A stretch of DNA of 64,000 nucleotides from a bacterium (GTDB taxonomy: Bacteria > Hydrothermota > Tepidihabitantia > SM23-42 > JAOAFX01). Below the pieces are notes generated by a model. It saw nothing but the letters and a program-made list of their open reading frames with translations, searched no databases and had not been told where the DNA came from. The DNA lies in NCBI GenBank assembly GCA_049700315.1, contig JBNAVN010000001.1:4776-68775 (forward strand). The letters run 5' to 3'. This document shows, piece by piece, positions 39,686 through 48,255 of this stretch (its first letter is position 1; every line of letters starts with the position of its first letter). A program made the position numbers and the translations under genes.

Positions 39686-39716
39686 AAAAAGGGGGCTGAA
39701 AAAGCCCCCTTTTTTT
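39686..39716. terminator. Bidirectional rho-independent terminator between the convergent D2 and BNR-protein genes
   Basis: AAAAAAAGGGGGCT-GAAAA-AGCCCCCTTTTTTT. Confidence 0.75.
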
Positions 39717-39733
39717 ATTCTTAAGTAGATTGA

Positions 39734-41377
39734 TTAGTGGGTGACCACCAATTTGGCTGAAACAACCTTTTTGTCAGCCTTCAGCACAGCAATATAGGCA
39801 CCATTCGCAAGTTCACGGGTATCAAGTGAAGTGGTATAAAATCCAGCATTTCTATTGCCCTGGTCAATGGTCTGGACCAATCTGCCATCAACAGTGTAAA
39901 GATTAATTGAAACACTGCCTGATTTGGGTAAGGCATAGGAAATGCCAGTTTGATTGCGTACTGGATTGGGTGCAATACTTAGTGCAAGTTTCTTCGGTGT
40001 CTCGGTTCTGTTTTCAGCAATACCCACAATTGGATTCCTGCCAACATACCAGCGAGCAGGAGTCGCAGCTCCTCCATTATTGATGTTCCAGTAGAGATCC
40101 AGCAATGGATCTGCGATAGCACAGCCAAATGCAAAGAATAATTGTCCATTTCCTGCGGAATCAAGCCTCTTGGAAATCTGCCATAGACAGTTGTTGTGGT
40201 CAGTAATGGAACCGGTCAGGTTTCTTGGTGTTGACCAGGTAGCACCATTATTCGCGGAATAGTTATAATAGACATCCCAGAATGTATACTGACCTGTGCC
40301 ACTGCGCGGCTGACCAAATAGCGCCACCACATAATTACCTTCCGCAGCAACTGTTGGATAGAAATTCCGTGCATCAGTTGCAGTATTACCCACTTCTATA
40401 CAATTGGCACCTGAAGCCGTGGAAACATAGACCTTACCACGATAAGGATAATTGCCTGCACCATAATCATCACCATGCCAGTTATCAAAGATCAGAATCG
40501 GATTACCCGCATCGGTAACCGCAAGCTGGGTGTAAGCAATGATATTGCTCGGAAATGGATTGGGCCAGACCAGGTTGTAAGATTGCTGGGCACTCCAGGT
40601 CAGACCATCTGTTGTTGTCTTGTAGTAAACATTGAGTGCATCATCATAATAAAATACGTAGGCAATTCCGCCATTCAGATCAAAGCCCCAATAATTTGAA
40701 ACTGCTGGTGCAATCGTGCCACCGGCAAGTCTTGTAGTAAGGTCCGTGCTGTATGTGCTCCAGAGAATATTACCATTTTGTTCAACACCAACAAAGAGTA
40801 TGTTACCGTTCGGCAACTGCTTACCAGGGTTCTTATGGGTTCCCAAATTTCCTGTGCCCACATCTACTGGTGTATCCCAGAATGAAGAGAACCAGCCACC
40901 ACTCTCATATTGAGCACCCATTCCACCCCAGGCACCACCGATAAGATATGGAAATGAGATATGTGGGCCAGAACCATTTATTGAAGCCACTGCACCAGGA
41001 TACCGGGCTGGACCAAGATCACCTGCATAAACCTCAACATCAGTCAATGCGCCACTAAAAATGTTATCATTCTGCCATACATCAAGGTTGCCACTTGTGA
41101 CAAAATTTCTGCAGACAAATTCAACATAACCGTCACCCGGCTCATAAGCAAGACATTCTTGCATCTGGGTCCACATAGAATATTCGTTTGCTGAAGAATC
41201 GGCAACTTCAATATCTCTTGTGACCATTACCGGGACATGTTTGTCACAAGTACCTGTACCATCATCCATCTTTGCCCTGTCAATATTTGCGGGCACAGTA
41301 ACTGCCCAGATTACACAGGCAAAAACCATAATAATTGATAGTTTCTTCATTTTTCTCTCCTTTCTTTTATATTTCAT
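39734..41377 (-). CDS. T9SS cargo protein with BNR/sialidase-like repeats (probable glycosidase)
   Basis: Signal peptide. BNR motifs SxDxGxTW (TTDGLTWS, SANNGATWS). C-terminal T9SS CTD (AYIAVLKADKKVVSAKLVVTH). Confidence 0.65.
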   Translation of the reverse strand: MKYKRKERKMKKLSIIMVFACVIWAVTVPANIDRAKMDDGTGTCDKHVPVMVTRDIEVADSSANEYSMWTQMQECLAYEPGDGYVEFVCRNFVTSGNLDVWQNDNIFSGALTDVEVYAGDLGPARYPGAVASINGSGPHISFPYLIGGAWGGMGAQYESGGWFSSFWDTPVDVGTGNLGTHKNPGKQLPNGNILFVGVEQNGNILWSTYSTDLTTRLAGGTIAPAVSNYWGFDLNGGIAYVFYYDDALNVYYKTTTDGLTWSAQQSYNLVWPNPFPSNIIAYTQLAVTDAGNPILIFDNWHGDDYGAGNYPYRGKVYVSTASGANCIEVGNTATDARNFYPTVAAEGNYVVALFGQPRSGTGQYTFWDVYYNYSANNGATWSTPRNLTGSITDHNNCLWQISKRLDSAGNGQLFFAFGCAIADPLLDLYWNINNGGAATPARWYVGRNPIVGIAENRTETPKKLALSIAPNPVRNQTGISYALPKSGSVSINLYTVDGRLVQTIDQGNRNAGFYTTSLDTRELANGAYIAVLKADKKVVSAKLVVTH

Positions 41378-41452
41378 ATATCACCATAACCACCACATTG
41401 TGGTTGGCTTTTCTGCTATTATTTTTTATTATCGCATCACCTCCTTTTTTCT

Positions 41453-44101
41453 TTATTTAACCAGAAGCACCTTAATAATGAAGTTATGTTCACCAGTATG
41501 AACCCGCACAAAATAAACGCCAGACGCGCAACCATCTGGTAACCACAGAAAATCATTATTGCCTTTGGATAATCTGCCTTGATAAATCGTTGCGGTTTTT
41601 CTACCGGTGATATCAAAAACTTCAATTGCCCCTGTTATTTCTTTGTCGATTGAAAATTGAATATGCACAGAAGAATTCAAGTTGGCGGGCTGGGGCAATA
41701 CCTTCAAAAAACCAGAGATGGACTCTTTGTAATTTTCTTCAACACCCACAACATCCTGTTTGATAATCAATAATCCAGAATTGCCATCAGCAAGATAAAT
41801 CAGATTATTTCTATCATCAAAACTCGTAGCAGTACTGACCGAGAGCATATATCCAACTTCTGCGGGTGCTGATGGACTGGCAACATTTATCACCCTGATA
41901 CCACCTGCTGTTCCGTCAGCAACAAAAATGTGATTGTTGAAATACTGGACACCAGAAGCAGTTCCTGGCGTATCAAGAGAACCTAACAATACAAGGGTAT
42001 CAGAGTTTGATACATCAAAGACCTTAATTCCAGCCGTGCCATCTGCAGCATATACATAATTGCCTGCTTTTGCCACACTATATGCTATTCCATTCGTATC
42101 ATAATATCCTGTTTCAACTGGATTGGAAGGGGTTGAAACATCTATTATTCTCACACCTTTTGTAGCATCTGCAACATAGGCAAAGTTATTGGAAACTACA
42201 ACATCATAGGCAAACCCTGCGGTGTTGAATGTCCCGAGAATTACTGGACTTGCAGGATTTTGCACATTGACAATGACCAATCCTTGAGACCGAGCACAAA
42301 CATAGAGCGTATTGCCTGAAACAAATAAACCAAGCACATCATCTGCTAAACTTAATTTTCCTATCTGAACAGGATTTGTTGGATTGGACAACGAAAGAAT
42401 TCTCAGGGTATCTTCACGATCACCAATATATAAATACTGGGATGAGCCGGTAATCGTGATTGAATTGCCTGGCAGGCTTATCTGATTTACATAATCAGGC
42501 AATGTTGAATCACTCACATCCAAGACAATCAAACCTGCAGGACCATCCACAATATATGCATAATTACCCAGAACCACAACATCATTTGCCCAGCCTGGTG
42601 TGTCATAATGTCCGATCAGATTAACATTTGTAGAGTGGTTCAATTCTACTACCCGAGACCTGCCAAAACTTCCATCTGCAGCAAGCCGGGTGTTACCTGA
42701 ATTCAGGGCACTAATATTCACCCGGAGTGAGCAACCAACAACATCTGTACAGGTCCAGACATATTTACCAGTATTGGGAACATTGTTGGCAATCAATGTC
42801 CAGCGCAATGAATCGTAACTATCAAGATTATTACCCTTTGACCACCATAGTTTCATATGATCAATCTCAGTTCCTTCAGTATGCCAGCGAATCGCATATT
42901 TTATATTCTTGAACATTACCGGTATATTGTAAGTATCACCACCCCTTGGATAATCCAGGAAAACATTATTTGGATTTGAACCACCAGGTACAAGGGTTAC
43001 GACATAATCATAAGAATACACTCCATTATAATATGTCCACAGGGGCCAGAGCGGTTCATTGTTATCCCAAGTTGTATGGACAATGACAAATGTGTCACTA
43101 CTGGTAATCTCGTAACCAACACCAGTAATGGAATGATTAATATAATCAGACATTGGTGGATACCAGTAATAAAGAACATTCCAGTGACAGGGCCGCTGAC
43201 CATCAATCTCAGTTTTTATCCAGGAGAAAACATATTGGTTCCAGTTGCCACCCTGTGGTGAGGTGGCAGATGTAAATGAATAACTATTATATGTATTCGC
43301 AACGGTTAGCATACCAGGTCTGATATTACCAATCGTTGTGCCACCGGTCAGAGTATCAGTATTCATTGCGATAGCAAGTTCACGATTCGTATTGGCACAA
43401 TCATTCCATTCATTCTCAGGGTTGTCCCAGTGTGTGAAAAAATGATCAACAAGTTTTCCATAACCCCGATAATCCCAGTACCAGAACATCATAGAAGCAG
43501 CAGTTGGTGAACATCCATACACCCAGTCAATAAAAGGCACCGAATCAACATAACCACTTTGCAGGATTCTAAAATCATCAATCTCCAGATATCGCTCCCA
43601 CTTCTGCCTTGTGAGCGATTCAAGATTTGGATCAGACTTGCATTTTTCCAATTCCTCATTTAAGCGAATCTGTCCGTTTCGGACATTTACCAACATCTTT
43701 TTTCCATCTACATCAAAACCTGCATATTCTTCCCCTGCTCCAAAATAGTAGTAATGCTGGAATACCGGCTCACCAGAAATTTGCTTTCTCAAATTATCCA
43801 ATGCACGGTTCAGGAATTTCTCACAATATGGTGCACTGTGATATATTTCACCAACCGGTGATGTAGTATATCTTGCACCCATTATAATGGTTATACTATC
43901 CTTTCCATCTTGAAATACATAACCATGAGCATTGGGGCTTTCATCAATGCCAAAATAGGTTATGACATTACTCAACCTGTATTCTGAACCATATCTCTGT
44001 TCAACGAACTTATATGCCAATGTTTCAATTTTTTCTCTGGGTACAAATTCAGAACCCAGAACAATGCCCGCCATAATCAACAAAACAGAAAATTTCTTCA
44101 T
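41453..44101 (-). CDS. C10-family (streptopain-like) cysteine peptidase with N-terminal Spi-inhibitor-like prodomain, LVIVD beta-propeller repeats and T9SS CTD
   Basis: Catalytic-Cys region VYGCSPTAASMMFWYWDYRGYG. Tandem repeats of the pattern YVADxxxGLxIxDVSNPxxP. C-terminus GVYFVRVHTGEHNFIIKVLLVK. Confidence 0.7.
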   Translation of the reverse strand: MKKFSVLLIMAGIVLGSEFVPREKIETLAYKFVEQRYGSEYRLSNVITYFGIDESPNAHGYVFQDGKDSITIIMGARYTTSPVGEIYHSAPYCEKFLNRALDNLRKQISGEPVFQHYYYFGAGEEYAGFDVDGKKMLVNVRNGQIRLNEELEKCKSDPNLESLTRQKWERYLEIDDFRILQSGYVDSVPFIDWVYGCSPTAASMMFWYWDYRGYGKLVDHFFTHWDNPENEWNDCANTNRELAIAMNTDTLTGGTTIGNIRPGMLTVANTYNSYSFTSATSPQGGNWNQYVFSWIKTEIDGQRPCHWNVLYYWYPPMSDYINHSITGVGYEITSSDTFVIVHTTWDNNEPLWPLWTYYNGVYSYDYVVTLVPGGSNPNNVFLDYPRGGDTYNIPVMFKNIKYAIRWHTEGTEIDHMKLWWSKGNNLDSYDSLRWTLIANNVPNTGKYVWTCTDVVGCSLRVNISALNSGNTRLAADGSFGRSRVVELNHSTNVNLIGHYDTPGWANDVVVLGNYAYIVDGPAGLIVLDVSDSTLPDYVNQISLPGNSITITGSSQYLYIGDREDTLRILSLSNPTNPVQIGKLSLADDVLGLFVSGNTLYVCARSQGLVIVNVQNPASPVILGTFNTAGFAYDVVVSNNFAYVADATKGVRIIDVSTPSNPVETGYYDTNGIAYSVAKAGNYVYAADGTAGIKVFDVSNSDTLVLLGSLDTPGTASGVQYFNNHIFVADGTAGGIRVINVASPSAPAEVGYMLSVSTATSFDDRNNLIYLADGNSGLLIIKQDVVGVEENYKESISGFLKVLPQPANLNSSVHIQFSIDKEITGAIEVFDITGRKTATIYQGRLSKGNNDFLWLPDGCASGVYFVRVHTGEHNFIIKVLLVK

Positions 44102-44117
44102 TTTTATTCCTCTTTTA

Positions 44118-44155
44118 AGGGCGGGGTTCTGAGAAATTCAGAACCCCGCCCGATT
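44118..44155 (-). terminator. Strong GC hairpin just downstream of the porV-like gene
   Basis: GGGCGGGGTTCTGA-GAAAT-TCAGAACCCCGCCC. The T-run is on the + strand side only, so its function on the minus strand is uncertain. Confidence 0.4.
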
Positions 44156-44157
44156 TT

Positions 44158-45270
44158 TCAGAATCCAATAATCAGTCCAAGACGGTGGGTCGCTTTTAAC
44201 ACTCCCTTATTCATATAGGCGTAATCAATGCGCAATTCCCTTTCTGCCATCTTCAGATTGAATCCAACACCAGCACAGAGGTTATTCAGAAGCCACTCGG
44301 TATTTTCGCCCCATTTTGGATAGGTATACTTTTCTTGAGCAGAATCATACACTGGTTCAGCGCCGGTCATCGCCTTCATATAATCCGTGTTCAGATATGC
44401 CTTGTATCCTGCCCTCAGAAATATCGTATTCAGGTAGCCATACTCAAACCCGAGGTTTATGGTTTCGTAATTGTCATTCGGGTGATTCAGATCAAGGGCA
44501 ACTGTTAACTTTTGATTTTCATTTTCAACCGGATTCATTGCAAGACCAAACCTGAATATCAATGGTAGAGAAAATGGAGTTGCTTTCATAGAAACAGGAA
44601 TATCTTCATAATCCAGGGGTGAATCAGGAAACGGATCCTTAGAAGTATCCAATTGTCTGCCACCAAAGTTAATATCTGAGCCGAAATTAGCCATTGAGGC
44701 AGCAATTTTCAACCCCTTGAAACCAGTATTATAATGAATGCCAAAATCCGTACCGATTCCACTTGCTGACATATCCCAGATCATTTCCTGTATTGCCTTG
44801 ATTGTGAATCCAGCAGCAAGACGGTCAGTGAACATCCTTCCAAAGGAAATTCCAACAGCAAAATCAGAAGCATTGAAAAAGGTCCCGGTACCAGTATCTT
44901 CACGCACAGTTTTAGTATTTGGGTCGTCCACAGTTGTATATTCCATCTTGCCCATTGTCAAGGCAGTCAGGCTGATTCCGAGTGTTCCCATATTGGAAAG
45001 GGGAAGGACAACAGCAAGATATTCATGTCTTAAATCCGCAATCCATTCATTATGCTGTAGTGATAACTGACGGTCATTCAATATGCCCAGCCCAGCCGGG
45101 TTCCAGTAGGCGGCTGAGGCATCATCAGCAATAGCGACAAATGCCTCACCCATTGCTGCACCACGACCTACACCAATCTTCAAGAACTGGGCACCTGATG
45201 TCCCGAGTTTGGCAAAATCTGCAAACAGGGGAATCGCCAATATCAAGATTATTGTTAGGTACCTTTTCAT
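44158..45270 (-). CDS. porV: PorV/LptO-like (FadL-like) outer-membrane beta-barrel protein
   Basis: Signal peptide then GAQFLKIGVGRGAAMGEAFVAIADDASAAYWNPAGL, a motif shared by PorV and FadL-family barrels. 370 aa. Sits directly downstream of a large T9SS-CTD protein, as in porU-porV operons. Confidence 0.5.
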   Translation of the reverse strand: MKRYLTIILILAIPLFADFAKLGTSGAQFLKIGVGRGAAMGEAFVAIADDASAAYWNPAGLGILNDRQLSLQHNEWIADLRHEYLAVVLPLSNMGTLGISLTALTMGKMEYTTVDDPNTKTVREDTGTGTFFNASDFAVGISFGRMFTDRLAAGFTIKAIQEMIWDMSASGIGTDFGIHYNTGFKGLKIAASMANFGSDINFGGRQLDTSKDPFPDSPLDYEDIPVSMKATPFSLPLIFRFGLAMNPVENENQKLTVALDLNHPNDNYETINLGFEYGYLNTIFLRAGYKAYLNTDYMKAMTGAEPVYDSAQEKYTYPKWGENTEWLLNNLCAGVGFNLKMAERELRIDYAYMNKGVLKATHRLGLIIGF

Positions 45271-45279
45271 ATTTGCCTC

Positions 45280-48243
45280 CTATCGGATAACGACAAACTT
45301 ACCGACCTGTTCACCAACCTTAGAATCAACATGGAAGATGTACACACCGCTTGCCACAATCTGACGGTTTTCAGTCAGTAAGTCCCACCATGCATCTCCA
45401 CCCGCATCACCTTGAACCGACCCTATGGTCGCTCTGTGCACAATGGTCTTTATCAAATCACCATTGAGGGTGTATATCCTTATTGTGCATTCATCAGGAA
45501 GATTTATGAATCTCAATCTCCTGACAAGTGATGATTGCTGCCATTCATTGTGGAGAAGATATGGATTGGGCACGACCTTGACATTGAGGGTAATTGTCGT
45601 GTCTGTTAGCATGCTCGCAGGTGTTGAAACAATGGCAAATGTGCTCTTGAATGGTGCCGGTGCATAGTTAGCCGAAGCCCTGACAATCCAGACATCATTT
45701 TCTGACGGTCTGGGTTCACCACCTGGATTCAACCAGCCTCTTGCAATTCCTATTTTGCCACTGCAGATATACAAAGTTCTGGTTCCAGACTGAGCAGTTC
45801 CATATATTATGGTATCGCTTGTATATTGATTCTGGAGGGAACGGAAACACCAACCATCAGCCAGTGTATCTGTCGCTGTATTCTCAAGATATGGTTTATA
45901 GGGAATTGTATCACCGGTATTGAGATCAATCACAGTCACTGTATTGACCTCTCCACCAGGATCTTTTTTCTTCCATATTATTTTGTAATCATTTCCACGA
46001 TAGGCCCAGTTTACTTCTCTTCCCACGATTGCCGGTGCTAACGATATCAGAGAATCAGGATAGGTACCTGATTCTTTTGTGACAGTATCAAAAATAACCA
46101 CAGCACCTTTTGTTTTGCTCTTGACGAACGATGCGGTGACATTAAGGCCGTTGACCTCTTTGAATTCATAGAAAAGGCTGTGGGCAAATGAATCAAGTGG
46201 TATCGTTACCTTGAAACTGTCTACTGCCACACTATCCTTGTCCAGAAGGTAGGCTGAATAATTCGGATTTCCATTATCCCTTACAATTGGACCAAAGCGT
46301 AAGAATTGATTGTCTGAGGTCATATGCAATGGATAGGTAATCTTTGCACTGACATTTGCCAATAATTTTTCATTACCACTTACAAAAATGATTGTGTCTT
46401 TTCCCGCTATGTAATTTGCTGGATCTCTTCTCGGTGTTCCGACAACTCCGGTCAGACCGCTTTCAAAATACAATGCCCTGGGTCCCTGAACCTTGATTGT
46501 ATCATAATCGTAAACCCAGAATGTATCATTTCCAATAATCGTATCAATCCACTTGTCTCGGATAAAGATTGAATCCAGCATTGTTTTTACTTGATTATAG
46601 TCAAACGAAGTTACCGCATAGTAATAGCCAAATCCATTACGGACATCCGTATCTACAAATGAATGGGTCAAGCCCACATCAGTTGCCTGCAGTGCAATAG
46701 AATCAGCCATTGTGGTATCTTTGAAAGTGATGCCATTTGCCAGATCATAAGATGCAAGTAGAGACCAGGTACCGGTCTTTCCTGATGGACTTCGCCACAC
46801 CCGATAACCTTCAAAATCATACTGTTTGTAGTATGGGTCATAATTTTGTCCAGGTTTGCTAACAACATCATAATATGGATCCGGAGTAACCTCTGAAATA
46901 TTATTCCAGATTAAGGTCACCTTTCCATCACCTGGAACACAGGTTAATGTTGGAGGTGGAGGAGGACCAGGCAACAACCAGTTCATATCATAAATATACT
47001 GCACAGTCTGGTCAAGTTTTGCAAGTGCAGTATCCGGGCGTGCATCATTATGATCCCAATCCGTAAGCATTATTCCCACAAGGACTATCGCAATTGAATC
47101 CGCATCAAGTTCAAATGGCCCACTGCACTGCAAGAAACGCTGGTCATCTGCCTGAGGGGGTAATGTATCGTATGGTTCGTAATTCATGGTCTTGAAGTTA
47201 TAACCAGCAAGGGTAATATAACGTTCATTGTCTTTATTCGGTTCAAGATTCAGTGTGAAACGTTTAAATGCACTCATACCTAACTGAGGAATTTCTGAAG
47301 GATCGCGCCAGTCAGGGGTGCCATCTGCATCCACATCCCATTGGGTAGGTGGCACATTATCCACGTAGTATGCACTATCTCGCTCATACTGATCAGGAAT
47401 ACCATCATTATCTTTGTCCACACCTGATTTTAGATCCCAGGGGCTCTGAAGATAATCAAAGCCAATTGCTCCAGTAATTTCCCAACCAGGTTCAATTGGT
47501 GATTGCCATTGATAACCAAGGTTATCAACCCACAATGATTCACCTTCAATCACATACCACTGCCCGACAATGCCCGAGATAATATCATTGGCATTTGTTC
47601 CTGATTCATTACCAATGTCGTTGTCTGTGCACACACCAAAATAGCAATTGGTCAGTTTCTTACCACTGACATTTTTCAGTTCGTATCTTACAAAGATAAT
47701 ATCTTTGGTCGTGCTCAGATTCCAGGCATAGACAGTTTGATAGACTTCAAGACCGATTGGTCTCGTATCACCAGGAATGTGTTGATTTATATCAAGGTCA
47801 TTATAGGCACACCAGGAATCCTGATGGGATTTATTAATCTGCGGAGCCATAGTAAATACATCGGCTGGAGGTGGCCAGGGCGATGGATACATAAAAATAA
47901 TGGCATTCGGATCACTGGATGCCATATCTTTCAATCCAGGAGTAAATTCAGCCTCGCCACCATGTGGACCGTAGCCAATGGTTACCAGTGTATCATTACC
48001 ATCAATTGTGCCAAACCAGGGTCCAGCACCAAAGATGTAGGTATTTCCACTACCTTTGGGCCAGAACAAACCTGAATTACCTGCACTGGTTTGACCAAAC
48101 TTACCATAGTTAGAGACACACATTTCTACATTATTGATGTCGTGCTTCTTTATCTCAAACGGACGGTATTGAGGTATAGATGTTGCCGTCCTGGCAAAGG
48201 CTATAATAGCCATCAAAAGCACCAAGGTCAATGTCTTTTTCAT
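45280..48243 (-). CDS. Large secreted protein with T9SS type A C-terminal sorting domain (PorU-like position)
   Basis: Signal peptide. 987 aa. CTD IYTLNGDLIKTI...GVYIFHVDSKVGEQVGKFVVIR. No C25 catalytic motif could be confirmed by eye. Confidence 0.5.
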   Translation of the reverse strand: MKKTLTLVLLMAIIAFARTATSIPQYRPFEIKKHDINNVEMCVSNYGKFGQTSAGNSGLFWPKGSGNTYIFGAGPWFGTIDGNDTLVTIGYGPHGGEAEFTPGLKDMASSDPNAIIFMYPSPWPPPADVFTMAPQINKSHQDSWCAYNDLDINQHIPGDTRPIGLEVYQTVYAWNLSTTKDIIFVRYELKNVSGKKLTNCYFGVCTDNDIGNESGTNANDIISGIVGQWYVIEGESLWVDNLGYQWQSPIEPGWEITGAIGFDYLQSPWDLKSGVDKDNDGIPDQYERDSAYYVDNVPPTQWDVDADGTPDWRDPSEIPQLGMSAFKRFTLNLEPNKDNERYITLAGYNFKTMNYEPYDTLPPQADDQRFLQCSGPFELDADSIAIVLVGIMLTDWDHNDARPDTALAKLDQTVQYIYDMNWLLPGPPPPPTLTCVPGDGKVTLIWNNISEVTPDPYYDVVSKPGQNYDPYYKQYDFEGYRVWRSPSGKTGTWSLLASYDLANGITFKDTTMADSIALQATDVGLTHSFVDTDVRNGFGYYYAVTSFDYNQVKTMLDSIFIRDKWIDTIIGNDTFWVYDYDTIKVQGPRALYFESGLTGVVGTPRRDPANYIAGKDTIIFVSGNEKLLANVSAKITYPLHMTSDNQFLRFGPIVRDNGNPNYSAYLLDKDSVAVDSFKVTIPLDSFAHSLFYEFKEVNGLNVTASFVKSKTKGAVVIFDTVTKESGTYPDSLISLAPAIVGREVNWAYRGNDYKIIWKKKDPGGEVNTVTVIDLNTGDTIPYKPYLENTATDTLADGWCFRSLQNQYTSDTIIYGTAQSGTRTLYICSGKIGIARGWLNPGGEPRPSENDVWIVRASANYAPAPFKSTFAIVSTPASMLTDTTITLNVKVVPNPYLLHNEWQQSSLVRRLRFINLPDECTIRIYTLNGDLIKTIVHRATIGSVQGDAGGDAWWDLLTENRQIVASGVYIFHVDSKVGEQVGKFVVIR

Positions 48244-48255
48244 CTTGGCCTCCTC

